A stretch of DNA of 49,148 nucleotides from the NCBI GenBank assembly GCA_965539945.1, contig CBETWD010000002.1, forward strand, positions 1 to 49,148, in the 5' to 3' direction. How positions within the stretch are numbered: the stretch's first letter is position 1; every line of letters starts with the position of its first letter. Source of the stretch: an uncultured bacterium (GTDB taxonomy: Bacteria; Desulfobacterota; Dissulfuribacteria; Dissulfuribacterales; UBA3076). The notes below the pieces were generated by a model. It had not been told where the DNA came from. It searched no databases and worked only from the letters and a program-made list of their open reading frames with translations. The translations under genes were made by a program, and so were the position numbers. Shown here piece by piece: positions 28,001 to 37,255 of the stretch.

Positions 28001-28134
28001 AGTGTCACGTCGATACTAACCATGAGGATATTATCCTTATTTTTGTTTACTTCAGACCAGGCCGGGGGGGCAAAGGCTGTTAAAAACGACAGGAAAAATA
28101 GGGATAATGACAGAAAATACGAGGTTTTTTTCAT
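25042..28134 (-). CDS. Secreted tri-domain protein: M1 gluzincin aminopeptidase-like, ChaN/haem-binding (Tiki-TraB superfamily)-like, and PDZ
   Basis: It has a signal peptide. GHEILHSWFGN...WSEGLTTYLADY gives HExxH-x18-E. The ChaN-like region includes GERHDRFSHHMAQL...LAGNGHI. The C-terminal PDZ-like region reads GLKSGDLVLSFDGEPV. Confidence 0.8.
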   Translation of the reverse strand: MKKTSYFLSLSLFFLSFLTAFAPPAWSEVNKNKDNILMVSIDVTLDMENRRTKGKASTELPMEKPVRIHVGGVELDRVTLAGQTINPTIEEDSFSVVASGGNRLLRIQFHRNFPHLSPGTGAKNDHTMTDSFIDTKGVVLLDGWCPTLEGLARYELKAAVPAYFKAISEADAVKVEYREKTSIYTFEFPHPRTGISLVAGPYQVSLERHKGIEIAAYFFPEDKELAQKYIDKSRHYLDLYEGILGPYPFKRFAIVENRAPTGYGLPTYTLLGQEVARLPFIVDTSLGHEILHSWFGNSVYADPKEGNWSEGLTTYLADYLYEKQKDRGSDYRHRLLVDYQSYVHKDKAMSLAQFRFRTDRASKAVGYGKGAMLFHMLEQEIGKDTFNKALKRFVLDYRFKMAGWSELETIFSDTSKKDLSVFFDQWLERKDVPVLTISKENITYPGSGLQNLKVTIHQGTESPYSLLVPLVLETTSGEVRRSVRVKTEKESVEIKVKGQPLCVTLDPDYDLMRKLDSSEFPPVLSRLLGSEHKFFVLPSQSPEIYGQFAVFLQSLGLEEKNIDSLTDSDLNKGSLLILGDPAPRLERLTGEMPGPDSGVIITIKENPINPTDVVALVKAGSSKELELILRKLTHYGSYSTLRFKDGKLMEKHTAGTQNGIRLALQNEIMGIAASDLSPVDRIINDVSEKRVIYVGERHDRFSHHMAQLRVIQGLDRQNRNIAVGMEMFQRPFQDVLDRYLDGQIDEKTFLKESEYLKRWRYDYHIYRPIIEYCKEHCIPILALNLPAEISKKVARKGLESLSDEELEQVPVELDWSNTVYKTRLRQIFKEHPEGKVENFDDFYQAQVLWDETMAQSVHDYLSNNPDRQMVVLAGNGHIAFGDGIPSRTCRRGKYDQAIIIANATCDSIEQDMADFFLFPPMVQPPFSAKLGVILNDEDNRVVLKKVMHNSIAQKSGLKSGDLVLSFDGEPVKDISDLKLALLFKKEGDTAKIGVKRIKRFARDKVLELTVGPFKPLKMSFHHSSKGSRNK

Positions 28135-28151
28135 AATTTACTCTTTTCAAA

Positions 28152-29231
28152 TCAATACATGAGAAAATATATAATACCCACTATTATAACGCTTATAATA
28201 CGCAGAGTTTGACCCATCATGAGTATGATTATACCCATTTTCGGCTGAAAGATGCCCAGATATCTCGGAAGTTGGTGTCTCAGGGCCCTTACAGGGGTTG
28301 CAATTATATTTCCGAAAAGAAGTGCCAGTACGGTTTCTTTCACAGTAAGCACCCCTGCACTCAGCATGGCCCCGGCTGCGGCAGCTCCGGCTGTGAATTC
28401 CGCAACTATACTGAATACTACCACAGATATGCCTTCCACAGGCAGGGCCTCAATGGCAATGATTGATGCACTCTTGTCCTGAAGCCACTCAAAAAATTCC
28501 CATTGCTGAAGGAGAACTACCACAATGTAGATGGGAACGGTATACATGGCGATCTGGCCCAGGCGGCCCGGGACGTATTGGGCCAGGAGTTTTTTTACTC
28601 GTTCCTTTCGTGGTTCCAATTCTTCTTTGTTTTGATGTTCCTGCCCTGGTTTCCCCATTTTCTTTGGTGATGACAGGATTAAACGGCCCAGGATGAGGAC
28701 GATTACGGTCCTGAGCAATGCAGCCACAAGGGTTAGGCTTACGTATATCAATCCGGCTGTCCCGACCAGGGGTATAATGATGGCAATGGTAGTTGGCAGA
28801 TGCAGCGTGTAGGAAGGAAGCCCCAGGTTCAAGAGTGTGGACAGAAGCATCTCTCGTCTGCTTAATTTTTTCTCTTTATACGCATTCCATAGAATGGTAT
28901 TTGCGGCGACACCTGATAGAAAGGCTGTTGTAAAGGCAGTCCCGCTCCAGTCACTGAAGTTGCCCGTACGCATGAGTGGTCTGGATAGTCTTGCAACTAT
29001 TTCAGACCAACCCATGCCTTCTACCAGAGCACTCAAGCCGAGGCTAAGGGCCATGATTATCAAGAGACGGCTGAGTGGCCAGGCTATTCTATGCACGACC
29101 AGCGGCAGATCCACCCCGGGTGCTATGAAAAGGAGCCCTATAGACAGGAAGGTAATTGCTCCCCAGACATATGGTGCCGGTTTCGGCCTCTTCTTATGCT
29201 TTACGTTATTTTGTCTGCCGGGCTGTGCCAT
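28152..29231 (-). CDS. Polytopic membrane protein (possibly nucleoside-recognition/FeoB-gate-like domains)
   Basis: 359 aa with 8 or more hydrophobic segments. The family assignment is only a resemblance from memory. Confidence 0.45.
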   Translation of the reverse strand: MAQPGRQNNVKHKKRPKPAPYVWGAITFLSIGLLFIAPGVDLPLVVHRIAWPLSRLLIIMALSLGLSALVEGMGWSEIVARLSRPLMRTGNFSDWSGTAFTTAFLSGVAANTILWNAYKEKKLSRREMLLSTLLNLGLPSYTLHLPTTIAIIIPLVGTAGLIYVSLTLVAALLRTVIVLILGRLILSSPKKMGKPGQEHQNKEELEPRKERVKKLLAQYVPGRLGQIAMYTVPIYIVVVLLQQWEFFEWLQDKSASIIAIEALPVEGISVVVFSIVAEFTAGAAAAGAMLSAGVLTVKETVLALLFGNIIATPVRALRHQLPRYLGIFQPKMGIIILMMGQTLRIISVIIVGIIYFLMY

Positions 29232-29324
29232 AGATATGCATTCTTACCAATTGACACTGAAATCTGCAAAGAGTCCTGAGACATGATTCCGCTCAAAATG
29301 CTCCGGATGCATCCCTTTATAGGC

Positions 29325-29418
29325 AATGTTGAATTGTGAATGTTGAATGCTGAATTGTGGAAGAAGATTTAAAAGACATATACCCTAATTCAAAATTCAA
29401 CATTCAGCATTTAACATT
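29325..29418. repeat. Long imperfect AT-rich hairpin built from TGAATG/ATTCAA 7-8-bp units
   Basis: The arms aatgttgaattgtgaatgttgaatgctgaattgtgg and cctaattcaaaattcaacattcagcatttaacatt match at roughly 28 of 36 positions. The element lies between divergent genes. Confidence 0.7.
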
Positions 29419-29476
29419 TATTGTGCGCAGCAGATGGGGTATTTTCAGCGGAATCATATATGCTATTATGTGGTAG

Positions 29477-31270
29477 ATGCTTAATAGATCCGTACAAACT
29501 TTAAAAGAATATACAGGACCGCTCTTATTGGCATTGGTCATCGGGGCACTTGCCGGCCTGGGAGTGGTTATGTTCAGGTGGCTGATACTTTTTGGCCAGG
29601 AGGTCCTGTGGCCTGCCGGCGCTAACTTTGTAGAACAGGTCCAACATGCCGGATGGTGGTGGAAGCTCCTTATTCCTGCTGGTATGGGCCTGTTGGTAGG
29701 ACCCATAATTACTTTTTGGGCACCCGAGGTCAGAGGACCCGGCGTGCCGGAAGTAATGGAGGCCCTTGCTCTTAAGGGCGGTCGAATAAGGCATCGTGTT
29801 ACCCTGATAAAGGCCTTTGTCACAGCAGGGCTTATCTCAGCAGGTGCCTCGGTCGGGCGTGAAGGTCCTGTGGTCCAGATTGGTTCCTCCATTGGCTCTT
29901 CCCTTACCCAGATGTTAAAGCTGGGGCGGGATTCAAGGAGGCTGGCTGTTGCCTGTGGGGCAGCAGCCGGCATAGCAGCTACCTTTCAGGCCCCTATGGC
30001 CGGGACTCTGTTTGCAGTGGAGGTGCTGCTTTTCGACCTTGAAATCGCCTCGCTCAGCAACATAGTAATAGCTGCTGTTACGGGTACGATGGTTTCCAGG
30101 GCGTTTTGGGAAGGGGCGCAGATATTTGTGATCCCCGATTTCTTTATGGCACATCCTGCTGAGCTGCTCCTATATTTTTTCCTGGGGCTTGTCGCGGGTA
30201 TTATAAGCCTGGTGCTTATGGGAGCGATTTTTTCCTTGCCCAGGTTTTGGAAAAGGATAGGGGTGCCGGGCTGGTTGAGTCCCGCCCTTGGCGGACTCCT
30301 GATAGGGATTGTTGCCCTCTATTGTCCTTGGGCTTTGGGTGTTGGGTATGAAAGCATAGATGCCGCCCTTGCAGGCAAGGTGTCCTTGGTATTTGCCTTA
30401 ACGCTGCTTGTTGCCAAAATCGTGGCTACAGGCTTTTCCATAGGATCGGGAATGAGTGGTGGAATATTTGCACCATCCCTGTTTATAGGAGCAGCACTGG
30501 GGTCTTTAGTAGGCCTCGTAGCCCAGTCACTGTGGCCGGAATCAGGTCTTGTTCCTGCCCACTATGCCCTTATAGGCATGGGGGCCATGGTGAGCGGAAC
30601 CACTCTGGCTCCCATAACAGCGGTGCTCACCATCTTTGAGCTTACATATAGTTACCAGGTGATATTGCCCCTGATGGTATCATGTATTGCAAGCCTTACT
30701 GTGGTCCGTCTGCTCCATGGCTACTCAATATATGAGACAAAGCTCCTTCTTAAGGGAGTGAATATTGTAAAAGGGCACGAGGTCAACGTCTTGAGGGGTA
30801 TGAGAGTAGGCGAACACATGAGCATGGACTTGCAGATCTTACGCACAGATACCCCCTTCAGTGAGATTGCGTCTGCCATGGAGCAAAGCCCTTTTCCTCA
30901 CTTTCTTGTACTTGATTCACAGGATCGCCTGTCAGGAGTATTGACCTTGAGGGATTGCAGAAAGTACTTTGCTCATCCGGAGTTGTGCACACCTGATACC
31001 ACCGCGAGTTTACTCATGTTCAAGGAAATAGTCTTAGTTGACGAAAAGACTGATATGGAAACGGCCTTTCACATTTTTGCCCGGCATAACATTTCTTTCC
31101 TTCCGGTTGTGAGTTCTGATGACCCGAAGACCGTGGTCGGGCAACTGAAAAAGACGGACCTGTTTGCCGCCTATGACCAGTATGTGCTCAAGGAACGCCT
31201 GCTTCCTCCCATGGGATGGGTGTGTTCTCTGCCTCTCACGGGTTCAAAGGTTCAAAAGTTCAAAGGTTAG
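29477..31270 (+). CDS. ClC-family chloride channel/transporter with C-terminal CBS pair
   Basis: It has the GREGP, GSGMSGGIFAPS (GxFxP) and GSSIGS selectivity motifs, with CBS-like repeats at the C-terminus. The last ~11 codons are encoded by a GTTCAAAG array. Confidence 0.92.
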   Translation: MLNRSVQTLKEYTGPLLLALVIGALAGLGVVMFRWLILFGQEVLWPAGANFVEQVQHAGWWWKLLIPAGMGLLVGPIITFWAPEVRGPGVPEVMEALALKGGRIRHRVTLIKAFVTAGLISAGASVGREGPVVQIGSSIGSSLTQMLKLGRDSRRLAVACGAAAGIAATFQAPMAGTLFAVEVLLFDLEIASLSNIVIAAVTGTMVSRAFWEGAQIFVIPDFFMAHPAELLLYFFLGLVAGIISLVLMGAIFSLPRFWKRIGVPGWLSPALGGLLIGIVALYCPWALGVGYESIDAALAGKVSLVFALTLLVAKIVATGFSIGSGMSGGIFAPSLFIGAALGSLVGLVAQSLWPESGLVPAHYALIGMGAMVSGTTLAPITAVLTIFELTYSYQVILPLMVSCIASLTVVRLLHGYSIYETKLLLKGVNIVKGHEVNVLRGMRVGEHMSMDLQILRTDTPFSEIASAMEQSPFPHFLVLDSQDRLSGVLTLRDCRKYFAHPELCTPDTTASLLMFKEIVLVDEKTDMETAFHIFARHNISFLPVVSSDDPKTVVGQLKKTDLFAAYDQYVLKERLLPPMGWVCSLPLTGSKVQKFKG

Positions 31271-31285
31271 GGTTCAAGGTTTACC
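31237..31285. repeat. GTTCAAAG-type 8-bp array overlapping the ClC 3' end
   Basis: The sequence is cacgg gttcaaag gttcaaaa gttcaaag gttaggg ttcaagg tttacc. Confidence 0.8.
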
Positions 31286-31414
31286 GAATTTGGTGGTCGA
31301 AAGTTGTAATGTGACTGGTCCGGCATATTTCGGAAAATTGGGAAATGTGTTATATTGATTTATAAAATAATTATATTTTATGGATTTTTTTTAAGCTATT
31401 AGGAGTTAATCAGT

Positions 31415-31924
31415 ATGTTTAATGTTGGCGATCTAGCAGTGTATCCCGCACATGGTGTGGGTTTGGTCGAGGGTATAGAGGAAAAGTCAATATCCGGGAT
31501 TGAACATATTTTTTATGTGATACGTATTCTTGACAATGACATGAAAATCATGATTCCCAGGGAAAACGCCGAACACATCGGACTCAGGAGAGTTATTTCA
31601 GGTAATGAGGTCGAACAGGTCTATGCCATCTTAGAGGAGAAGGACGTAGAGTTTACTCCTCAGACATGGAACCGTCGTTACCGGGAGTACATGGATAAGA
31701 TAAAAACAGGTTCGATTTTTGATCTGGCAACAGTCTTGAGGGATCTCTATATCCTGCAAATGGATAAGCCCCTTTCATTTGGTGAGAAAAAAATGCTGGA
31801 TACTGCCAAGGGTTTACTCGTCAAGGAACTTTCCGTTGCCAAGGATAAAGAAGAAGAAGAGATCACCGAGGGAATCGAATCTATCTTTAATGTTGTGGAT
31901 ACAGCGGTCGAGGTTGAAGTCTAG
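31415..31924 (+). CDS. carD: CarD/CdnL-family RNA polymerase-binding transcription factor
   Basis: The N-terminus FNVGDLAVYPAHGVGLVEGIEEK is typical of the CarD_CdnL_TRCF domain. Confidence 0.9.
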   Translation: MFNVGDLAVYPAHGVGLVEGIEEKSISGIEHIFYVIRILDNDMKIMIPRENAEHIGLRRVISGNEVEQVYAILEEKDVEFTPQTWNRRYREYMDKIKTGSIFDLATVLRDLYILQMDKPLSFGEKKMLDTAKGLLVKELSVAKDKEEEEITEGIESIFNVVDTAVEVEV

Positions 31925-32017
31925 GCTGTTTCATACTGCTCTCCAAGGTTTGGGGGCGCGGACCAAAGGCGCTCCGGTTCCTCGTTAAAGCATGGATTGG
32001 GATGGGCGTCACGTAGT

Positions 32018-32971
32018 ATGGCAGACATCGCCAAGCACGTATTTATAAAGGTAAATGACGATGGTGCCGGAAATAGACTGGATAAATTTCTTGCCTTAAA
32101 GGACCTTGGGTTCTCAAGGTCGCAAATTCAAAACCTCATACACCACGGCCATATAAAAGTCAGAGGACGTGCCGGAACGTCCTCAAGTCTCAGAATCCAG
32201 GCCGGAGACAGCATTGATATTCATATCCCTGCCTTAAAACCGTTGTCTGTTGAACCTGTTCCGATCCCCCTGGCAATCGTTTACGAAGACAGCCACCTGC
32301 TTGTGCTGGAAAAGCCAGCCGGTCTTGTTGTCCATCCAGGGGCAGGGGATGAGGATTACACCCTGGTTCACGGCCTTCTGCACCATTGCCAGGATCTTTC
32401 GGGTATAGGCGGGTATCTCAGACCGGGCATTGTACACAGGCTTGACAAGAACACATCAGGCCTGATGGTCGTAGCAAAGGATGATGAGGCACACCGGGGA
32501 TTAGCAGAGCAATTCAAGGCGGGAAAGATAGGCAAGACCTATCTGGCCTTGGTTCGGGGCAGGCTCCGGGACAGGAGCGGTCGTTTGGATTTAGCCATTG
32601 GACGTCACCCTGTTAATCGCAAGAAGATGTCCATCAGATCCAGAAATGGAAGATTTGCCATTACCGAGTGGCAGGTTGTTGAAGAGCTCAGGGGCGCAAG
32701 CCTTTTATCTTTAAAAATACGCACAGGGAGAACACACCAGATCCGTGTCCATATGAGTTCCTTGGGGCATCCTGTCCTGGGAGATTCCCTATATCGTGGG
32801 CCAACGGAATTCAGGGTTGGACATGCAGTTATACCGATTCGAAGACAGATGCTTCACGCCGCCTGTTTGCAGTTTATTCATCCCATCACAGGGGAAAAAA
32901 TGAAATGGGAAAGCAATCTGCCCGCAGACATGGCCTCTGTCCTTGAGAGGCTCAGGAGTCTGAATGGCTGA
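32018..32971 (+). CDS. rluD: RluA-family 23S rRNA pseudouridine synthase (RluD-like)
   Basis: It has an S4-like N-terminus (RLDKFL) and the catalytic HRLDKNTSG motif. The start is ATG at 32018, although the ORF is open from a TTG at 31997. Confidence 0.9.
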   Translation: MADIAKHVFIKVNDDGAGNRLDKFLALKDLGFSRSQIQNLIHHGHIKVRGRAGTSSSLRIQAGDSIDIHIPALKPLSVEPVPIPLAIVYEDSHLLVLEKPAGLVVHPGAGDEDYTLVHGLLHHCQDLSGIGGYLRPGIVHRLDKNTSGLMVVAKDDEAHRGLAEQFKAGKIGKTYLALVRGRLRDRSGRLDLAIGRHPVNRKKMSIRSRNGRFAITEWQVVEELRGASLLSLKIRTGRTHQIRVHMSSLGHPVLGDSLYRGPTEFRVGHAVIPIRRQMLHAACLQFIHPITGEKMKWESNLPADMASVLERLRSLNG

Positions 32972-33404
32972 TGATCCTACCGCACCGTCATTGTTGCCCC
33001 GATGACTACCGCAGATAATGATTATTCGTAACCGTTCAACGTTCGATGTTGGACGTTCGATGTTCATTACTAAATTCAGGTCCCCCAACATGTGAATGCG
33101 CCCGTCGGTGTCTATGGAGTATCGGGTGTGGGTTTTTATGAAACGCATGATATTGTTACGTCATTGGCGCATAAGAGTCAACTTAATCCGCCTGAGAAAG
33201 ACGTCAGTATGATGGACAGTGTTTCTGGATGAACTTGAGTTACACCGTTTTGATTTCACAGGAATTGACATATTTTTTGCCCTTAACTATAACAATTTAT
33301 GAGGATCAAAATATCATTGATTATCCTGATGTCGAGACGGTGTGGTGAAAGGGATAGGGGAAAAGCAGGAAATGACAATCATCATTATCCACAGGCTGAT
33401 GAAA

Positions 33405-35567
33405 TCAAAGCAGACTGTATGGGTCCACATCCACTTCCATTCTTACACCGGATGGTACCATGTCTGCTTTCCTTGATAGAAGACCAGAGCACAGTGCCCT
33501 TAGATTCGAAAGCGATGAGGACTTTAAGAGTATCTGCCACCGATAACGGTCTTTGATTTTTGCCCTGGGTGCCGGAGCAGGCCCCAGGACCTCAACTTGA
33601 GATCCATTGGTACCCTTGATACCTTTTGCGAGGTTTTTTGCCAATCTTGCCATACTGCCCGTAGTGTCGCAGACTTGGGCCTTTTTCCGGCCTGAGAAGC
33701 GAAGATTAATCAATCGTCCAAAAGGCGGATATCCCAGGGCTTTTCTAAACTTCGATTCCTTTTCATAAAAGGTATTAAAGTCATGGGTCGTTGCGCAATC
33801 CATGGCATAGTGATCAGGCAACCATGTCTGAATTAAAACCCGGCCGGGCCGTTCTCCGCGTCCTGCCCTGCCCGCCACCTGGGCAAGGAGCTGAAAAGTC
33901 CTCTCGGTTGCATGATATTCGGGGAAATTCAGGGATAAATCAGCGCACAATATGCCTACGAGGGTAAGACCGGGAAAGTCATGACCTTTGGTGATCATCT
34001 GGGTACCCACAAGTATATCAAGACGCCCTTTCCGGAAATCAAGGACAACCTCCTCCATATGCCTTCGGGCTCGTACTGTATCCCGGTCCAGCCGTGCAAT
34101 CCCGGCATCTGGGAAAATCTCCTCAAGGTCGGCTGCAATTCTTTCAGTGCCATAGCCAAATGTCTTGACTGCCTGCCCCTTGCATTGCGGGCAGGCAGGC
34201 AGGGCAGGCGATTCCATCCCGCAGTAGTGGCAGCGAAGCACCCCATCTTTTTCGCTTTTTGTCCTTTTGTCTCCACGATGCCACGTAAGCGTGACCTCAC
34301 AGTGGGGGCACCTGAACACATGTCCGCAATCAGGACAAAAAACATAGGTTGCAAAACCTCGCCGGTTAAGAAACAGCAGGACCTGCTCTCCTCTTGCTAA
34401 TGTATCCCTTGTTGCCTTTTCAAGTTCTTTAGAGAGCCATTCAGGTCTTGCTGACTCTAATTTATGATGTTGATCCTTTTTCTCTTTTTTCCTGCGATCT
34501 ACCACTACTACTTCGGGAAGAGACCGTTTGGCCACTCGTTTTTCCATAGTAACCAACTGATATTTGCCCGAGAGGGAGTTCTTAAAACTTGATACGGACG
34601 GAGTGGCAGATCCCAGAATCACTGTTGCCTCTGACATCCGGCCACGTAACAAGGCCATATCCCTTGCCTGATATCGAAATTTTTCAGACTGCTTGTATGA
34701 GGGATCGTGTTCCTCGTCCACTACAATAAGACCAATATCAGATAAAGGGGCAAAAATGGCGGATCGGGTCCCAATAACTATCCTGCTCTTTCCCTCTTTT
34801 ATCCTGAACCACTGATTACGCCTCTGGGCCTCTGTCAGGCCACTGTGAAGCACTGTCACCTCCTCACCGAACCTGGAAACAAACCAGCCCACGGCCTGGG
34901 TGGTCATGGCAATCTCAGGCACCAGCACCAACACGCTGCGGCCTTGTCTGACACACTCTTTGGCGGCCCGAAGATAGACCTCTGTTTTTCCGCTGCCGGT
35001 CACTCCGTGCACAAGTATGGGGTGATAGGACCTGGTAGCAAGGGCATCACAAATGGCATTAAATACTTTTCCCTGCTCTTCGGTGAGCTGCAAAGGAACC
35101 TCGGTTGACCAGGGTAGAAACTCCGGCCGGCAGTCCCTGCTTTTTGGCAAACCGTTACTAATTTGGGATATGCGTCGATTCCGGGCGGATAAAAGCCCCG
35201 GTGGCAAGGCCTCTGCTATCACCTGTCCTATGGGATAAAAATAATATGATGAGGTCCATTCAAGAAAACTGATAAGAGATTCAGGTAAGATAGGTCCTTG
35301 GTCAAGTATGCTTTTGACCTTTTTCAAATCCACAGAGGGCGGCTTTTTTGCAGGGGTTCCCCATGCCACCCCGACCATGTTCCTGCGACCTACAGGAACC
35401 AGGACCCTGGAACCTTTAGCGGGGAAAAGAGTATGTCCTGAGAGGATGTAGGTAAGGGCCGTGTATATGGGCAAGGGCACTACAACATCTATCAGTTGAT
35501 TGCAGCCGGGGGAATTAATTTCAACAGGTGTTCCGTCCCTTGCCTGAGAAGAACATTCCTCAATCAT
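33405..35567 (-). CDS. priA: Primosomal protein N' (replication restart helicase PriA)
   Basis: It has GVTGSGKTEVY, DEEHD and the Cys-rich zinc fingers CPDCGHVFRCPHC...CHYCG...CPQC. Confidence 0.95.
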   Translation of the reverse strand: MIEECSSQARDGTPVEINSPGCNQLIDVVVPLPIYTALTYILSGHTLFPAKGSRVLVPVGRRNMVGVAWGTPAKKPPSVDLKKVKSILDQGPILPESLISFLEWTSSYYFYPIGQVIAEALPPGLLSARNRRISQISNGLPKSRDCRPEFLPWSTEVPLQLTEEQGKVFNAICDALATRSYHPILVHGVTGSGKTEVYLRAAKECVRQGRSVLVLVPEIAMTTQAVGWFVSRFGEEVTVLHSGLTEAQRRNQWFRIKEGKSRIVIGTRSAIFAPLSDIGLIVVDEEHDPSYKQSEKFRYQARDMALLRGRMSEATVILGSATPSVSSFKNSLSGKYQLVTMEKRVAKRSLPEVVVVDRRKKEKKDQHHKLESARPEWLSKELEKATRDTLARGEQVLLFLNRRGFATYVFCPDCGHVFRCPHCEVTLTWHRGDKRTKSEKDGVLRCHYCGMESPALPACPQCKGQAVKTFGYGTERIAADLEEIFPDAGIARLDRDTVRARRHMEEVVLDFRKGRLDILVGTQMITKGHDFPGLTLVGILCADLSLNFPEYHATERTFQLLAQVAGRAGRGERPGRVLIQTWLPDHYAMDCATTHDFNTFYEKESKFRKALGYPPFGRLINLRFSGRKKAQVCDTTGSMARLAKNLAKGIKGTNGSQVEVLGPAPAPRAKIKDRYRWQILLKSSSLSNLRALCSGLLSRKADMVPSGVRMEVDVDPYSLL

Positions 35568-36438
35568 CCAGATCAGCGACCAGTTTCTTCAGGTACTCCT
35601 TAAATCTTCCACCAAGATCCGAATGTGCAAGGGCATAATTCACAGTAGCCTGAAGGTATCCCATTTTATCTCCGGCGTCATATCTACTGCCCTTGAACTC
35701 ATAAGCATAGAGTCCCTGTTCTTTTCGGAGACAGTCCAGGGCGTCTGTTAGCTGGATTTCACCGCCTACCCCTGGAAGAGTCCTGTGAAGGCAACCATAT
35801 ATCTCAGGCCTTAATACATACCGGCCGATTATGGCAAGATCGGATTTGGAAGTACCAGGCGCAGGCTTTTCAATAAGTCTCTCTACCTTGTAGACCCCTT
35901 CCGCCACTTCTTCACCCTCTATGATCCCATATCTGTGAGCTTCATCCAAAGGGACCTTTTGTACAGCGACAACGGATTCCTGAAATTCTTCAAAGACCTT
36001 TAACATCTGAAAAACACACGGGACCTTGGCCTCTACCATGTCGTCGCCGAGCACAACTACAAATGGCTCATTGCAGATTACCGGTTCTGTGACCTTTACA
36101 GCGTGTCCAAGGCCCAGAGGCTCTTTCTGACGGACCGAAACTATCTCGATAAGATCGGATATGTGACGAACCTCCCTGAGAAGGTCCAGCTTACCCTTCT
36201 GGGCCAAAAAAATCTCAAGTTCAAAGGAGTAATCAAAATGATTTTCAATGGCTGACTTCCCGGAGGCAGTTACCAAGACAACCTCTTTTATGCCGGATGC
36301 AACTATCTCTTCCACAATGTACTGAATTGTTGGCCGGTCCACTACGGTCAGCATCTCTTTGGGAATGGCCTTTGTGGCAGGCAAAAATCTTGTTCCAAGG
36401 CCCGCCACCGGGACCACGGCCTTTCTAACCTTCATCAT
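35560..36438 (-). CDS. galU: UTP-glucose-1-phosphate uridylyltransferase
   Basis: It has AVVPVAGLGTRFLPATKAIPKEML and the VEKP-like motif LIEKP. Confidence 0.93.
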   Translation of the reverse strand: MMKVRKAVVPVAGLGTRFLPATKAIPKEMLTVVDRPTIQYIVEEIVASGIKEVVLVTASGKSAIENHFDYSFELEIFLAQKGKLDLLREVRHISDLIEIVSVRQKEPLGLGHAVKVTEPVICNEPFVVVLGDDMVEAKVPCVFQMLKVFEEFQESVVAVQKVPLDEAHRYGIIEGEEVAEGVYKVERLIEKPAPGTSKSDLAIIGRYVLRPEIYGCLHRTLPGVGGEIQLTDALDCLRKEQGLYAYEFKGSRYDAGDKMGYLQATVNYALAHSDLGGRFKEYLKKLVADLDD

Positions 36439-37171
36439 TATTCTCCCTTATCGCTTTTGAGGCCATGGCCAGCCTGGAATCCACAACCACCCAGTTAACT
36501 CTTGCCAGCCAGGCATCCAGATAGGCCAGAGGTTGCCCTATAAAGTCCAGTATATACGCATGCTCAGCCATATCCACAACCAGCAAGGGTTCAAGCCCCA
36601 GGGGCCATTCTGAGTCATTGTCCAGACCAAAAATTACCAGTCGCCTTGATTGATTATCCCGCGCAAGTATGCCCCAAGCCCTTACTGCCATTGCAGTGGC
36701 CCTGAATTTTACCCACCACTGATCAAAAGAACCAAATGATTCCTCCAGGGCCTTGCCGATCTTTTGGCTTGGTTTAACGCTCCTGGGTGTCAATGCGTCA
36801 AAATACAATTCATGAAGTCTGACTGCGTTGTGCAGCTCGATCCAGGCCAGGACATGATTGCGCCATTTGCCGGCAAGGGGATCGGCCAAAGCAAGATCAA
36901 TTGTCCGATTTTGTGATTCCACTTCGGACAATTCCTGGCGATATCTTTCAAGAAGGGCCAGATGTTCCCGAATAATCGTTGCCGAGAATCCATCAAGTGC
37001 TCCGATCAAACCCCTGTATTTTTGGATATCGGGAATAGCTGTTTTTTGCCCAGCCTTTGCTATCCCCGCTGACGGCTCTTCTGCTGCGGCCTCTGAAAGG
37101 CCGGTTACCATGACAGCGGCACCGGCTAATCCTTGTAAAAAGCTGCGACGGTCAAGGTTAGGTTCGTCCAT
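36425..37171 (-). CDS. Tat-signal Fe/Mn superoxide dismutase-like protein (divergent)
   Basis: The twin-arginine signal is DRRSFLQGLAGAAVMVTG. The C-terminal motif DMAEHAYILDF resembles the SOD motif D-x-W-E-H-A-Y-Y. The N-terminal ligand region is divergent. Confidence 0.65.
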   Translation of the reverse strand: MDEPNLDRRSFLQGLAGAAVMVTGLSEAAAEEPSAGIAKAGQKTAIPDIQKYRGLIGALDGFSATIIREHLALLERYRQELSEVESQNRTIDLALADPLAGKWRNHVLAWIELHNAVRLHELYFDALTPRSVKPSQKIGKALEESFGSFDQWWVKFRATAMAVRAWGILARDNQSRRLVIFGLDNDSEWPLGLEPLLVVDMAEHAYILDFIGQPLAYLDAWLARVNWVVVDSRLAMASKAIRENNDEG

Positions 37172-37255
37172 TATGTACCTTTTCTACTGTGAAGGCTTAG
37201 GGCCTTAATTCAACATTCTAATTTTATGCTAAACCAAGATATAATCAAATTTTAT

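Noticed and set aside
29232-29476. A fluoride riboswitch upstream of the ClC gene
   Set aside because: I could not find the conserved crcB-motif core in the leader, which is occupied by the AT-rich hairpin repeat. The channel also has CBS domains typical of canonical ClC rather than the short ClC-F type.
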